The position numbers were made by a program, and so were the translations under genes. DNA of 64,000 nt, taken from positions 4,774,001 through 4,838,000 of the forward strand of contig OZ231126.1 in the NCBI GenBank assembly GCA_965153355.1. Direction: 5' to 3'. This DNA is from Flaccisagitta enflata. Taxonomy: Eukaryota. The notes under the pieces are model-generated. The model did not search any database and had not been told where the DNA came from. It saw only the letters and a program-made list of their open reading frames with translations. Positions 14,980 through 28,589 of the stretch are shown here, one piece after another. Within the stretch, counting starts at the first letter, position 1. The number at the start of each line of letters is the position of its first letter.

Positions 14980-16246
14980 TCATTTTTGTGCTTTTGCTCT
15001 TTATGTTTTTTTCCTTTTTCCTCTTTCTCTAATGAGATCCTCCGACATATTGATTCCCTTTCCGAGAAGCGGCGCTTCCCGCTTCTACAAAATATGAACA
15101 CCTGGTCACTGGGTCATCTGGGTAGGAGCCATATGCTCAAAAAGCTCAAAAACGCCAAAAAAGTAAAAAGGGGACCGACCAACCGACCGACCGAACGACC
15201 GACGGACCGACATAGCGGGGTGTAGAGTCGCGTAGCACGCGACTAAAAATCGACATTCAAATCGGAAAGTTACGATTGAATATCAACAAAGCATTTATCG
15301 AATTACGTCGGGTCAATCAAGCTCAAGACTGAACTTTTTTTTCTTATCTACTATGTGGTTTTTTCATTCCATTTATTCATTTACACATTCATTCATTTAC
15401 ACATTCATTCATTTACACATTCATTCATTAACACATTCATTCATTTCTTCATTTGTCTATATAAAGCGGGTGGACAGCAGACAGGAAGAGCGGCGTAATG
15501 GACCGCTCGCAAAGACCTGAAAACACTAGAAGAGTCGTCAGACGGACAAGCTGACAGATGAACGGACCAATCAATCGACTGACGGACAAGCTGACAGGTA
15601 GACGGACCGATAAACAGACCGACGGACAAAGCCTTTTAAATGGACGCCTGTTCGTTTCTAAAACAAGGCCGGATACACGGCCAATCTGTAGTCGCTGCTG
15701 GTGGGCAGGGGCAGTAATGCGGGTGGGCAGGGGCAGTATGTGAGTGGGCGGGGGCTGTATTGACGCCAAGTAGGAGCTGTGATGGTCAGAAATCCGTTTT
15801 TCAGTCGATTTCGCGTCATTAAATTTTTGCGTTCCCTATACATACATACATACATACATACATACATACATACATACTACAGACCCTCTTATAGAGTCGC
15901 TAGGCAGCGACTAAAAAGTTCACCGAGAATACGCAACTTCCGTCATTTGACCCTCTTAGAAATGACAGTAATTCATAACAAATCAAATCTCATAATCGAT
16001 TGTATTAAGTATCCAGTTATTTGTCTATATGAATATAGTTTTATTTCAACAAGAATATCCCATTTCTACGACCATTGCAATTGTTCTCTCCCAGTACCCA
16101 AAGACAAAACACTCAATTTTGATATTCCATGCCCTTGGCCCTTGTCCCCGGTTCGCTGAGGTATCAATTTGCATAGTCCATAAATCCACTTTTAATACCA
16201 GTAAAGGCGGCTCTCGCCGACCGGAAAAAAATCGTAAGGGCTGTTT

Positions 16247-16333
<87 letters not shown>

Positions 16334-19300
16334 ATGTGCATGTGCGTGTGTGCATGTGTGTGTTGTTTGTGTCTGTTTCGCTGTGTCTCTGTCGCTGTCT
16401 CTCTCTCTGTGGCTGTCACTCTCTGCCCAAAAAGTTGTAACCAGCAACTCCCTCCCTCCCTCCCTCTCTCCTTCCGTCCGTCCCTCCCTCCCTCTCTTTC
16501 TCCCTCTCTCCCTCACCTTCTCCATCCCCCTCACCCTCCATCCCCCTCACCCTCCTTCCCTCTCCCTCCCTCTCCATCCCCCTCTCCCACTCCCTCCCTC
16601 TCTCTCCGTCCCCCTCTCACTTTCTTCCTCCCTCCCTACCTCTCTCCCTCCCCCTCTCCATCCCTCCCTCTCCCTCCCTCCCTCTCCTTCCCCCTCTCCT
16701 TCCCTTCCTCCCTCTTTCCCTCCCTCCCCCTCCCTCCCTCTCCCTTCCCCTCTCCCTCCCTTCCTTCCTCTTTCCCTCCCTCTCCCTCCCTCCCTCTTCC
16801 TCCCTCCCTCTTCCTCCCTCCCTCCTCCCTTCATCCCTCCCTTGCTCTCCCTCCTTCCCTCCCTCTTTCCCTCCCCCTTTCCCTCCCCCTCTCCCTCCCT
16901 TCCTCCCTTTTTGGGCAGCGGCCCCGAAGGGGACGAAGTCCTGTAGAACACAGGGGGACTTTCGTTCGTCCGTCCGTCCGTTCGTTCGTCCGTTCGTCCC
17001 CCCCTACGCCCCTCATTAGGCCCTTAAGGCCTCAAATCTGGCCTCTGATACCTCAAATCTGGCCTCTGAGACCTCAAATCTGGCCTCTCAGGCCTCTAAT
17101 CCAGCCTCTCAGGCCTCAAATCCAGCCTCCCAGGCCTCAAATCCAGCCTCTTAGGCCTCTCCAGCCCCAAATTCAACTTCTCAGGCCTCAAATTCAACCT
17201 CTCCGGCCTCAAATTAGGCTTCTCAGGCCTCAATTCCAAATTCTCAAGCATCAAACCTAGCCCCTCAGGCCTCAAATTAGGCCTCTCAGGCCACAAATCA
17301 GCTGTCTAAGCCTCAATTTATTGCTCTCAGTGCTCTGACCTTTCAAGCCTCAATCCAGCTCTCTCAAGCCCCAAGTCAGATCTCTCAAGCCTCAATTCAG
17401 CCCTTTCAAGCTTCCAATTGGCATTCTCAGGCCTTACCCCAGCCTTCTTAGACCTCAGTTTAGGCTCTTGAAGGCCTTCAGTCAGCCCTCTATAGCATCT
17501 CATCCACATCTTCAGGCAGGACGAACGAACGTCCCCCTGTGTTCTACAGGACTTCGTCCCCTTCGGGGCCGCTGCCCTGCTTCCCCTCACTCCAATTCAC
17601 AATCACTCAAAGCAGGGCAACGGGTATCGCTGACCACATATTGCCCTTGGGCGACCTGTTCCCTCCCCTCCTCCCTCCCTCCCTCCCTCCCTCTCCCTCC
17701 ATCCCTCCCTCTCCCTCCTTCCCACCCTCTCCCTCCCTCCCTCCCTCTCCCTCCTTCCCTCCCTCTCCCTCCCTCCCTCTCCCTCCCACGCTCTCCCTCC
17801 CTCCCTCCCTCACCCTCCCTCCCTATGCCCTCTGCTGAACGCATTTTTGTTGTTACTTAGGGCCAAAAATTGAGATCAATGCAAAATATAGATCTTTGAA
17901 AAATGTGCGGAAAATGTGAGAAAATAAAAAAAGATTAAAAAATTCATAGCGCCTAAAGTATTGGTCCCACAGTGCCCTGCTTTTTTCCAGAAGGTGTAAA
18001 AAAGTGCCCTCTTTCACCCTGTACCAATTTCAACCCCAGCCTCGGGCGAGCCTAGTCGTGACCCAACTTCCCCAAAACATCTCAAGCGAAAATGGGAAAA
18101 ATTAATTCCTAACCCGGAACTCAAAAAATCGAAAAACGTTTTTCGATTTTTTTCCCAATAATGAGGCCGTTCAAACAGTAACCTCGATTGCATAATGCAT
18201 AATGCACTCTGCATAATGGAAAGGGGCAGTAAAACTAGTAAAGCAAAGCTCATACAGTCTAAGCTCAGTTATGAAAGTTGAAACAACATTGCCCTTAAAA
18301 AAGGAGGCCAGAATTCTCCAATTTACAAAGGATGAAAGCCTTGCAAGCTTTCAATGGTGTTTACTCCGGATTGCTCACAACTATCCTTTACTATTAAAAA
18401 ACAAAATGCTCACCTGACAAAATTATCAACCTGACTGCACACCTCATTAGTGTAGGTTCGGATAGGCCTATACCATTAAGTATACACAAAATTTCTTACA
18501 AAAGCGATAATCAAAGATTACTAATGTACTGGTGGAAGTACTGACACTAGCAACATTGATTAGAAAACCATACCCTTAGAGGCAAGAATCGAGATCAACC
18601 GTTTGGGACCGCCGGCATTCTCTATCAAGGTACTGATACTTATGAAAGTTGAAACAACATTGTCCTTAAAAAAGGAGGCCAGAATTCTCCAATTTACAAA
18701 GGATGAAAGCCTTGCAAGCTTTCAATGGTGTTTACACCGGATTGCTCACAACTATCCTTTACTATTAAAAAACAAAATGCTCACCTGACAAAATTATCAA
18801 CCTGACTGCACACCTCATTAGTGTAGGTTCGGATAGGCCTATACCATTAAGTATACACAAAATTTCTTACAAAAGCGATAATCAAAGATTACTAATGTAC
18901 TGGTGGAAGTACTGACACTAGCAACATTGATTAGAAAACCATACCCTTAGAGGCAAGAATCGAGGTCAACCATTTGGGACCGCCGGCATTCTCTACTGAA
19001 AGGAAAAACATGAAAGTAAAAAAACATTCCCATTTATAAAGGATGAAAGCCTTACAAAGGATGAAAGCCTTGCAAGCTTTCAATGTTTTTACCGGATTGC
19101 TCACAACTATCCTTTACTATTAAAAAACAAAATGCTCACCTGACAAAATTATCAACCTGACTGCACATCTCATTAGTGTAGGTTCGGATAGGCCTATACC
19201 ATTAAGTATATACAAAATTTCTTACAAAAGCGATAATCAAAGATTACTAATGTACTGGTGGAAGTACTGACACTAGCAACATTGATTAGAAAACCATACC

Positions 19301-20386
19301 CTTAGAGGCAAGAATCGAGGTCAACCATTTGGGACCGCCGGCATTCTCTACCAAGGTACTGATACTTATGAAAGTTGAAACAACATTGCCCTTAAAAAAG
19401 GAGGCCAGAATTCTCCTATTTACAAAGGATGAAAGCCTTGCAAGCTTTCAATGGTGTTAACTCCGGATTGCTCACAACTATCCTTTACTATTAAAAAACA
19501 AAATGCTCACCTGACAAAATTACCAACCTGACTGCACACCTCATTAGTGTAGGTTCGGATAGGCCTATACCATTAAGTATACACAAAATTTCTTACAAAA
19601 GCGATAATCAAAGATTACTAATGTACTGGTGAAAGTACTGACACTAGCAACATTGATTAGAAAACCATACCCTTAGAGGCAAGAATCGAGGTCAACCATT
19701 TGGGACCGCCGGCATTCTCTACCAAGGTACTGATACTTATGAAAGTTGAAACAACATTGCCCTTAAAAAAGGAGGCCAGAATTCTCCAATTTACAAAGGA
19801 TGAAAGCCTTGCAAGCTTTCAATGGTGTTTACTCCGGATTGCTCACAACTATCCTTTACTATTAAAAAACAAAATGCTCACCTGACAAAATTATCAACCC
19901 TTATGTAAGAATTGTGCATCTACTTGCAGTAGCAATGGCAATGCAATGTCTGGCTCATATATATGCCTTCGAAGTAACCGGTCAGTGTTAAGCATAGTAA
20001 AGAGGATCGAGAGGAGTCTCATAAGTGCTCGTGGATGCTTTCGCACTCCCAATCGCAAAATGAATGGCAATCAAATCGTTGCAATGATATAAATCAGTGC
20101 AAAGATATATACATCATACAAAGCTTACCTTGATGGTGATAAGGTTGACATCTTCAGGCTGTAAATCATGTTTGATAATTTCATGTTCTTTGTCATTTTG
20201 ATTGATTTTGATTGTTTTATTCACCAGAATTTCTTCTTCGTCATCCTCTCCTGCTGCTCCTCCTCCTCCTCCTTCTCCTCCTCCTCCTCCTCCTCCACCT
20301 CCTTCGTTTGCATGTGCAATGCCGCCCAAAAAGACGACTGCTAGAACTATAAATATTGTCAATTGGGCACCATGAACTCGAGGCAT
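1324..20386 (-). CDS. SID-1 transmembrane family (SIDT/ChUP-1-like) protein, 18 coding exons, ~1065 aa
   Basis: Hand-built exon chain, all GT-AG and phase-consistent: 20129-20386, 14020-14179, 13470-13496, 10023-10180, 9553-9726, 8843-8985, 8274-8426, 7616-7796, 7247-7375, 6684-6900, 6105-6264, 5576-5759, 4833-4988, 4098-4673, 3610-3677, 2325-2428, 1886-2093, 1324-1465 (3198 nt). It has a signal peptide and family motifs SGNRDICFYNERC, FNLLSSNIPY, EGIFSTIYHKCPTRMIFQFDTAFMF and NRDLNKECLFLNFYDSHDIWHFLSS, plus 11 hydrophobic segments. The N-terminal exons, especially the 27-nt exon, are less certain. Confidence 0.93.
1655..1880. repeat. (TGAA)n microsatellite (also 22600-22865)
   Basis: Seen directly; explains the FIHS-repeat ORFs. 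Confidence 0.95.
2619..3220. mobile_element. MITE (ACCATGGCCAAA termini, TA-flanked); related copy at ~32068-32670
   Basis: Terminal inverted TAACCATGGCCAAA...TTTGGCCATGGTTA with degenerate extended inverted repeat. Confidence 0.6.
5341..5514. mobile_element. Small TA-MITE; second copy at ~23161-23319
   Basis: TACACTTTTT...TTATAAGAAC / GTTCTTATAA...AAAAGTGTA termini; the two copies are homologous. Confidence 0.7.
6322..6641. mobile_element. hAT-like MITE in a SID-1 intron
   Basis: CAGGTCTGTGTATTATTGAGT / ACTCAATAATATAGACCCCTG; flanks AACTATAG / AACTAAAG (8-bp TSD, 1 mismatch). Confidence 0.75.
6952..7205. repeat. 19-bp minisatellite
   Basis: TGTAACATTGAGATGATTA repeated ~13 times. Confidence 0.9.
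9362..9520. repeat. 43-bp tandem repeat
   Basis: GAGTGGCAAAATTCAGTTCATTTTTAGGTCAGTATGACTAT-type unit repeated ~3.5 times. Confidence 0.85.
10923..12687 (+). mobile_element. Family B element copy containing a nested MITE
   Basis: Family B head at 10923 and tail at 12577-12687, interrupted by the TIR element at 11226-12313. Confidence 0.6.
11226..12313. mobile_element. MITE with TA TSD
   Basis: TA|CTACCTAGGAAAAAAGTTTATAGCATT...AATGCTATAAACTTTTTTCCTAGGTAG|TA; the imperfect inverted repeat extends ~100 bp. Confidence 0.75.
16913..17660 (+). mobile_element. Family B element copy, inside a CT-rich low-complexity tract
   Basis: Same termini, inverted repeat (16913-16970 vs ~17522-17577), 21-bp internal minisatellite and tail as 60038-60591. 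Confidence 0.7.
18270..19898. repeat. ~370-bp tandem satellite, ~4.4 units, in the first intron of the SID-1 CDS
   Basis: Unit start TTATGAAAGTTGAAACAACATTG at 18270, 18640, 19366 and 19737, with a rearranged unit near 19000; very few substitutions. Confidence 0.95.
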
Positions 20387-21549
20387 TGTCTGTTTGTTTC
20401 ACTTGTTTTCCTTCAGTTGTTGAATGTTTCTTTTTAGATTTTTTGGGATTTTTTTGTTTCACAGGACTTTTTCTTTATCTTTCTTCTTTTTACTGATATT
20501 TTTAAGTAATATCAGTCTTACATCGGAGCAAATTACATTCAGGCATTGAAATGGGTTTGTATTTGAGTTCAATTTTGTGATGTTGCCCTCTTATCTATTC
20601 CGTTACTTGTTTGTTTTCAAGCAAGTTTCAGTTTTACATTCTCTCCCAGAAGTCGTCATTTATTAGTCATTTAGTAGTCATTTAGTTTTACTCCTTCGCC
20701 TTAAACGTAAAACACAAAACTCTGATAGATAAGGGCAAAAGGCCATTCATGCATTTAAGCAACAAGAGAGAGCTCTTCCTTGACTGTTTGATATTTACTC
20801 TTCTTCTTCTTCTTCTTCTTTTGCTCTCTGTTATGCTTCTCCTTCTTCTGTTATTCTGAAAGAGAAAAAGAGAAAAAGATTCGAAAATCGAGAGAAATGC
20901 GATTTATAAAATTACGCAGACTGATTATCGAAAGTCTTCAACTTGGGCCATAAAGAAACAATTGGTAATCTCTGAGTGATGATCAGTTGGTCTTTTGAGG
21001 GCGTGTTCCGGTTTAGTGCAGACGGACAATCGCGTTTTTAAAAGGGTCACTCGTTCGCTCATTACTTTTGTATGCTCGCACGGCTTTCTCACTTAGTAGT
21101 ACAATCTCGCTCCATTTGACGACTTACTCTATCCGCTCACTCATATATCAGTCTGTCAAAATTGATTATGTGTTCACGCTGTAAACGAGATTAACTAAAA
21201 AGGATCACAATTGTTATCGTTACTGGGAAATAATCTTGGTTGAAATCGTTACTACAAACACTCCCTGTGTGATGATCGAGTTGGTCTTGAAAGACCTTCA
21301 AGCAGGAGTTCGAAGAGTTTGAAGCTTTGAATGAGAAAAACTCGACCGGCAACAAATAGATCGAAGATGCCCCGCATCATAACGCTGCAAAGCGAGGCTT
21401 GTTTGTTTCTTCCTGACTTCTTTCATTTTAATTGAGATGCGTCCTCGCATCTCTAGGCTCTATCCGTTGCCGTTGGTCCGTTAGTCCGTTCATAGATTCT
21501 GAAATTTACCAAACAAGCTTATATCATCATTGCTTCCTTTTCCCTTTCT

Positions 21550-21965
<416 letters not shown>

Positions 21966-23995
21966 TTGTTTTTGTTAATCTACCTATCTTTATTCTTTGC
22001 CTTTATCTCCTCCTGCTCTTTTTTTTTCTCTTCTCATTCTACTTTTTCTTCTTCATTTTGTTTCATTGTTGTTTTTTATTCATTTTTCGTTTTGTTTTGT
22101 TTTTGTTCTTCTCCTTTCTCTTCTTTTTTTCGTATTCTTCTTTTGTAGTAAGATTTTGGAGGAAATCCGCCCCAGCCCAACCGCACACAACAGGTTTAAC
22201 AGCCCCAGGTTACTTCGGTTACTTTTTGAGTGTGTTTTTTGCTCCCTATGTTTGCATTTTTTTTTCAAGTGGTTTATATCGTTAATTCACTGAAAGGGCT
22301 GTGGTTACACATTGTTATTGTATTCTGTTATTCCTGTGAACATTACACCTGGGTGGGAGCAAAGAACTCAGTGTTTCCTAGCATTATTCTTTTTTTTTTC
22401 TATATTGTTTATCAATGACTTCGCTATCAAAACATATCATAAATTCAAAATACTCGACGACCGTTGATTGACAGGGACTCTAAAATGGGAAACTTTATCG
22501 GTGCCCCGTTAAGGTCCGTAAAGTCCGTGAAGTAAACAAACAAGACATGAGCCAAGTGATGGCCAATATGTGCGCCTCGCGGAAAGAGGTATTTGAGTGA
22601 ATGAATGAATGAATGACTGAATTAACGAATGAATGAATGAATGAATGAATGAATGAATGAATGAATGAATGAATGAATAGATGGTTCGATGAATGGACGA
22701 ATGAATAACAGAAATGAAACCTTGAATACGAGTAGGCTTTGAATGAATAAATGAATGAATGAATGAATGAATGAATAAGTGAATAAGTGAATGAATTAAT
22801 GAATGGATGAATGAATGAATGAATGAATGAATGAATGAATGAATGAATGAATGAATGAATGAATAATGTAAACGAAAACTTGAATGCTGGTCGCTGCTTT
22901 GAATAAAATGTGACCGACGGACAGCCCGACGGACCGACCGATTGAACGACGAAAATGATCTTGTACAGATGCGCGAGTACGCTCATAAAAACCTCGTTAC
23001 ACTTAATTGGCTTATCTGCGGTTAAATGTAAACCATGATTCGCCTCGTGTCATATTTGTTGACAAATGATATCATATGATCCTCGATGGTTTATATTGAG
23101 AGTCTACAGGGCCAAATAGCACAGTATCTGTTGTCAAGGCAAGTCATTACCGGGGATTATACACTTTTTATTTTTTATAAGAACGTCATTCTTATTCTGA
23201 AGCCTTCAAAAGAGATAGAGATAGCTACTAGTAATATAACTACAATGTTCTTAATTTTTGAGCGTTTTCAAGGCTTTATGTTCTTATAAACTAGGTTCTT
23301 ATAAAAAATGAAAAGTGTAGTTAAAAGCGTATTGATCTTGGGTTTTAAGTTGATTGATCAGATATACAGAATAAATACTTTGCTAATATGATGATTGGGC
23401 TCTATTGTATTGATTATGGGGTATGGCATCTCTAGTGGCTTTTATCGGGGTAAAAAACGTGCAAAAACGTAGGACCATCTATAAAAAAACATTACATGAC
23501 TTGATGTACCGGAGCAACAAGCTACTGGCTTTCCTTAACCGGTTTGATTGAAGTTGAAGTTGAAAACCGATTTCATGATTATTCATGTATTCCATTTCCA
23601 TAATGCCAAACCAGTCAAACTTATTCAGATTCATTAGACTGAATCAAGTAACTGAAGAAATAGTGCATCAGAGAAAGACTGTCATCAATTCTTGGCAATG
23701 TCAAAAACAAAGAAGTTGTACACAGTTATGTTGCTCATATTTTTTCGATCATTAGAAATTGAAGTTTTGTAGCCTTGAGATTAAATAGATGTTAGCTATG
23801 TGCAAAATGATGATTGGGCATTTTCTATTTTCTTGTTATAAGAGCAAGTTGGAAAGGCTATAGATACAACCTGGGATATGGGACTGAATAAATCTAGATA
23901 TTGATGACAGAAATAAACTGTTGTCGTGTAAATTCATCCCATTTGATGAAAAAGAGCTTAAATGTCAAGCACATAGAATATGAACTCCTCCGTTA

Positions 23996-24742
23996 CCCTG
24001 AAATCAAAAGCAACTGATACCAGCAAAACCTTTATTGTGCCTTAAGTATTCGCTTTTAGAAATTCGGATTGGTTTTGTCTGACAGCATATAATCTACCAT
24101 TTATTCATGCAAAATTTCATAGCAGTGGCTCTAGCGGTTTAGCTTCCACGTGGTTTTGAGTAAAAATGTGAATTACCTCATGTAAGGTTTTTGAAAATAT
24201 TGACAAACTGACCTGGGTAGCTTTAAATGAATATCATATCTTCACAAATCAATCAAAAATGGCCAGATTGGTCTTAAAAGCTTATGCATTTCTAAAAAAA
24301 ATTGTCAAGACACTGAAATTTATTTGACAATTTTGATTTTTTCCTCAGATTTTATCTGGTTGAGCAGGTTTTGTGTCACCTCACTGGTCATTGACGACCT
24401 AAATCTCCATAGAAACGGCAAAAAATCAAAAATCATGCAAAAGAAGGGTCAATTTTCTCCAGATTATGAACAATCTGATGGTTTCTAGTCAATCTATGGG
24501 AAAATTACATCAAAATGTTCAATAAACTTGCTTTAAAACGCGATTTTTGGGCAAAAATTTTAGAACTTTATTCAAATTTCAAAATTAGGTGGAAGCTAAA
24601 CCGCTAAAGCCAGTGCTTTGAAATTTTGCATGAATAAATGGTAGGTTATGTGCTTTTAGAAAGAACCAGTCCAAATTTTTCAAAATGAATACTTTAGCAA
24701 CCATAAAGGTTTTGCTGGTATCACTTGCTTTTGATTGCAGGG
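23996..24742. mobile_element. MITE with ~155-bp TIRs, TA TSD
   Basis: TA|CCCTGAAATCAAAAGCAACTGATACCAGCAAAACCTTTA... matched in reverse at 24589-24742|TA. Confidence 0.8.
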
Positions 24743-25766
24743 TATCTCATGTCAGCATGACATCCTCTGAGAAAACATCACGGGGATTGTACTAACCAGT
24801 GCAAAACCGTGAAAAAAAAAACCAAGTTTAATTCAGATTTGTCATCATTTTTGGGAATGATTGATAATAACAATTAAAAAAGCCGTAGACTATCGTGTTT
24901 AGCCATAACCACGCAACTCTACATTCTGCTTTGTCCGTCGGTCCCTCCGATCTTTTCTTATTTCTTTGTACAATACAAGTTATTTCAAGTCTCCTTAAGG
25001 CATCCTTGGTCTTTTTAAGACAGTTCGAGTCATTTTAGGACATTTTGTCATTTCTGTCTATAAAGTCATTTCTGTTCATTAAGTCATTTTTCTAGATTTT
25101 TTTTTCTTTTCATTTTAAAGAGAGGAAAGACAGCTGACCTTTCGGACTCAAAGACGGACCGACAGATAGACAAATCGGAGAATAGAGAGTAGAATGTGTT
25201 CAAGTTTACGCCTATGGTTTGTGTAAAATCAACAAGTGTTCCCAATATTTGTTTTTAAAGCGTCAAACCAAGTCCATTTTTGCTGACGGTTATAGTCTAT
25301 AACATAGAAAAAGAAAAGAGAAAATGATTTTCTGGTTTGTTTTTAGTCGCGGACACGCGACTCTACACCTTGCCGTGTCGGTCGGTAGGTCGGTCGGTAG
25401 GTCACATTTTTGAATTTCGAGCGGTTTCGGCATTACAGCTCCAGCCCAACCGTCCGCGACTGGATTGCCGTGTATCCGGCCTTGTTTTTCAAAGTTAGGC
25501 CAATTAATAAAAAACAAGTTTAGCGAAAAATTGTTACGGCCTCAAGAAAAAAGCATGACAATAAAGAGAAGTCAATACCGACGATGCCTGGTCATGTGAC
25601 CCAGTCTGCGAGACAGCTGCAGCAACAGCGGCTGTGGCAGTGACAGCAGCAACAGCAACAGCAGCAAAAGCAGCAGCAGCAAGAATTCACTCCCCGTGGA
25701 TAACTGGAATCGAGAGGGAAAAGGGATGGAGACAGAAAAGATGAATTCGTGAACCGTGAACACTTA

Positions 25767-26410
25767 GCACTGTATCCAGAATCTGAAATTTAATGTCTCG
25801 CACTGTATCCAGAATCTGAACTTAAATGTCTCGCACTGTATGCAGAATCTGAACTAAAATGTCTCACACTGTATGCAGAGCCTGAACCTAAATGTCTCAC
25901 ACTGTATCCAGAATCTGAACTTAAATGTCTCGCACTGTATCCAGAATATGAACTCAAATGTCTCGCACTGTATCCAGAATCTGTACTCAAATGTCTCGCA
26001 TTGTATCCAGAATCTTAACTTTAATGTCTCACACTGTATCCAGACTCTGAAATCAAATGTCTCGCACTGTTTCCAGAATATGAACTTTGATGTCTCGCAC
26101 TGTATCCAGAATCTGAACATAAATGTCTCACTCTGTGTTCCGAACTTCATGAAGTGTTTTAGAGTGTGTTTTGAAGTATGCCATATCTAAAGGAATGCTT
26201 AGCACTGTGTTCTGATTTAGAGGAAATGCTTGGTTCTGTGTTCTGAATTGTATGAAATGCTTGGTTTTGTGTACTGATTTAGAAGAAATGCTTGGTGCTG
26301 TGTTCTAATTTGGAAGAAATGCTTGGTTATGTGTTCTAAATTGGAAGAAATGCTTGGTACTGTTTTCTAAATTGGAAGAAATGCTTGGTTTTGTATTCTG
26401 TATATGAGGA
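25767..26410. repeat. 30-bp minisatellite arrays (two related subtypes)
   Basis: AATGTCTCGCACTGTATCCAGAATCTGAAC-type units to ~26130, then GAAGAAATGCTTGGT...TGTTCTAAATTG-type units. Confidence 0.9.
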
Positions 26411-26474
26411 AATGTTGCTGATGTTTTATGCACAGAAACAGCCTCATCTGAAGTAAGGTATCTAAATTTGTTTA

Positions 26475-26870
26475 CTATGCGAATAAAAAAAAAAGCTGCA
26501 CCCTTTTGTAGGTGATTGTAAGATTTCAAATTTTTTGTGTTCAACTGATTTTAAAGATTTTTGATTTTTTTTCATTTCAGACCAATCCCAGGTCAGTATC
26601 TCAAACCGTTTAGAAGTTGGAGCTTGTCAAAGTGAACCTCTATTTTAGAAAAATGCTCATTTTTCAATAGGATTGCAAAACTGCAAATGGCAATGTTTTT
26701 ACTTTTTTTTATGCCATTTCTAAACGAATAAAGCTAGAAACACCATATTTGAGCCAAATGAAAGTTCTCTTTGAGTGCTTAAAGATGGTTTAAGATTTTA
26801 CTTAATTATTTTGTAATTCAATATGATAAATTTTCATTCAAAAGTGCGGCTTTTTTATTGATTCGCGTAG
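26475..26870. mobile_element. ~400-bp TA-MITE; second copy at 49963-50373
   Basis: TIR CTATGCGAAT..AAAAAAGCTGCAC / GTGCGGCTTTTTTATTGATTCGCGTAG; the two copies align along their whole length. Confidence 0.75.
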
Positions 26871-27224
26871 TATCTTATTCAAGAAACTTTATACTTTGAT
26901 AGTAATGTTATTATATTTTGAAACTTCATATCTATGGGCTGAAATCCCGGAGACTCGAATCTCAAATTCTCAACCAAAGTGCCCTAAAGCCCAGTGGGAG
27001 ACCACTTGTGGATCTCAGCCTCAAAAAGCGAAATTTTGGCTTAATGACCAAAAATCCGTGACGCACAAACAAACCGACAGACCACAGAAAAACACACACA
27101 CAAGTATAAAGATAGAAAGGAAAATGAATGCGATACAGAGAATGATTATATTGACAATTTCAAACTTCATGATATGAAATTTGTTTCGTTTCAAAGTTCA
27201 ATCTTTGTTTCATTCTTTCTCTGC

Positions 27225-28400
27225 TTTGGCATTGGGCCTCACAGCCTCTAAGCCTAATGTCACGTGTTGGTACGTCTATCGTGATGTAGCAGCCATTTCT
27301 GCCATTGGGCAGGATTAGCTTCTTAGCCTTATTTCCCATGCGGGTGGGTCTGACGTGATGTAGCTGCTATTTTTGCCATTGGGCCTTATAGCCTCTTAGC
27401 CTTAAGACGCATGCGAGTGGATCCATCGCAAAGTAGCAGCCATTTTCACCATTAGACAGGTACTACCTTGATCAAAAGTCTTCGTCCACCTGTTAATAGA
27501 TTTGCACTAAATTCAAACAAATAAAAACAATTGATGAGATTAAGAAACTAGATCAAAAAATCTTTTAGATGCAACCAATCTGGTCTCTGTAGCTTTGACC
27601 GGTAAGAAATGGGAGCATTTCCAGATTTGCAGAAAAAGATTAAGCAGTCTTATTTTTGTTGGAATTGTTGTAATTGTTATACAGACTTCAGCTATTTTTG
27701 TCAGTTTTTTTGTATTTTGCATAATAATGGGCCATTGGGGCTTAAAGTACTGTTATTTAACCAATTGTAGATCAGGAATGATTTGTTTTAAACATAATAC
27801 TGTGTTAAAGGAAAATCTGAAAAAAATTTCTAAAACGGTTTGATAAGCTCTAGGAAGATTACCAAAAATGACACAGCAAATAGTTTCAAAGATACTAATA
27901 AGCACTTTTTAGTTGCGGACACGCAACTCTATAAGAGGCTTTGTCTGTCCTTTGGTCTGTTGGTCTATTGGTCCATTGGTCCGTTGGTCCGTCGGTCCGT
28001 TGGAAAGTGTGAAAACGCGCATTTCCGCCCCTGCCTACCCGTCCGCAACTGGTGGCCGCGTATCTGGCCTTGTTACACCAGAAAAAAGTTATACAAAGTA
28101 TAAAAGCACAAAAATCAATAAGTTTGTTAGTATTCTATGAATAGACGAACTTTTTCTCAGAGTAGACGAAGACTTATGATTAAGGTAGTATAGCCTCTTA
28201 GCCTACTGTCACATGTTAGTGGGTCTATCGTGATATAGCAGCCATTTCTGCCATTGGGCAGGAATAGCCTTTTAGCCCAATGTCGCGTGCGGTTGGGTAT
28301 GCATGATGTAGCTGCCATATTCACCATTGGGCAGGAATAACCTCTTAGCCTAATGCCGTGTGCAGGTAGGTCTATTGTGATGTGGCAGGCATTTTTGTCA
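27225..28400. repeat. Split ~72-bp tandem repeat (27225-27460, 28190-28400, remnant ~29595-29655)
   Basis: Recurrent GCCATTGGGCAGGAATAGCCTCTTAGCCTAATGTCGC...GATGTAGCAGCCAT units separated by other sequence. Confidence 0.7.
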
Positions 28401-28589
28401 TTAGCTGGCCCGAGCGTGAAACCGGAAGTTCGTTCCGGTTGCGGAAAAAGGGCAGGGTCGCTCTAAAACGATAATGGGCTGCTTGGCCGTGACGGTAACG
28501 GTATTGAGAAGAGGAAGAAGGATGAAGAAGAAGAAAAAAAAAGAAGAACAAAAAAGAAGAAAAGAAAAAAAAATAGTCGCAAAAGCGTT

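Noticed and set aside
14251-15101. Additional SID-1 exons (e.g. LKVNNDDLEEEILIFSKGEKG)
   Set aside because: Acceptor-like sites exist, but I found no phase-compatible donor, and the model closes without them. They cannot be excluded without RNA data.
16029-17860. Long Pro/Ser/Leu-rich ORFs (305 and 336 aa)
   Set aside because: Translations of (TG)n, CT-rich tracts and a family B element within an intron.
18603-19885. Repeated 61-aa ORFs
   Set aside because: Products of the 370-bp satellite, with non-ATG starts and no recognisable domain.
25767-26410. CRISPR-like array or repeat-protein ORFs
   Set aside because: Contiguous 30-bp tandem units with no unique spacers, no cas genes, and a eukaryotic context.
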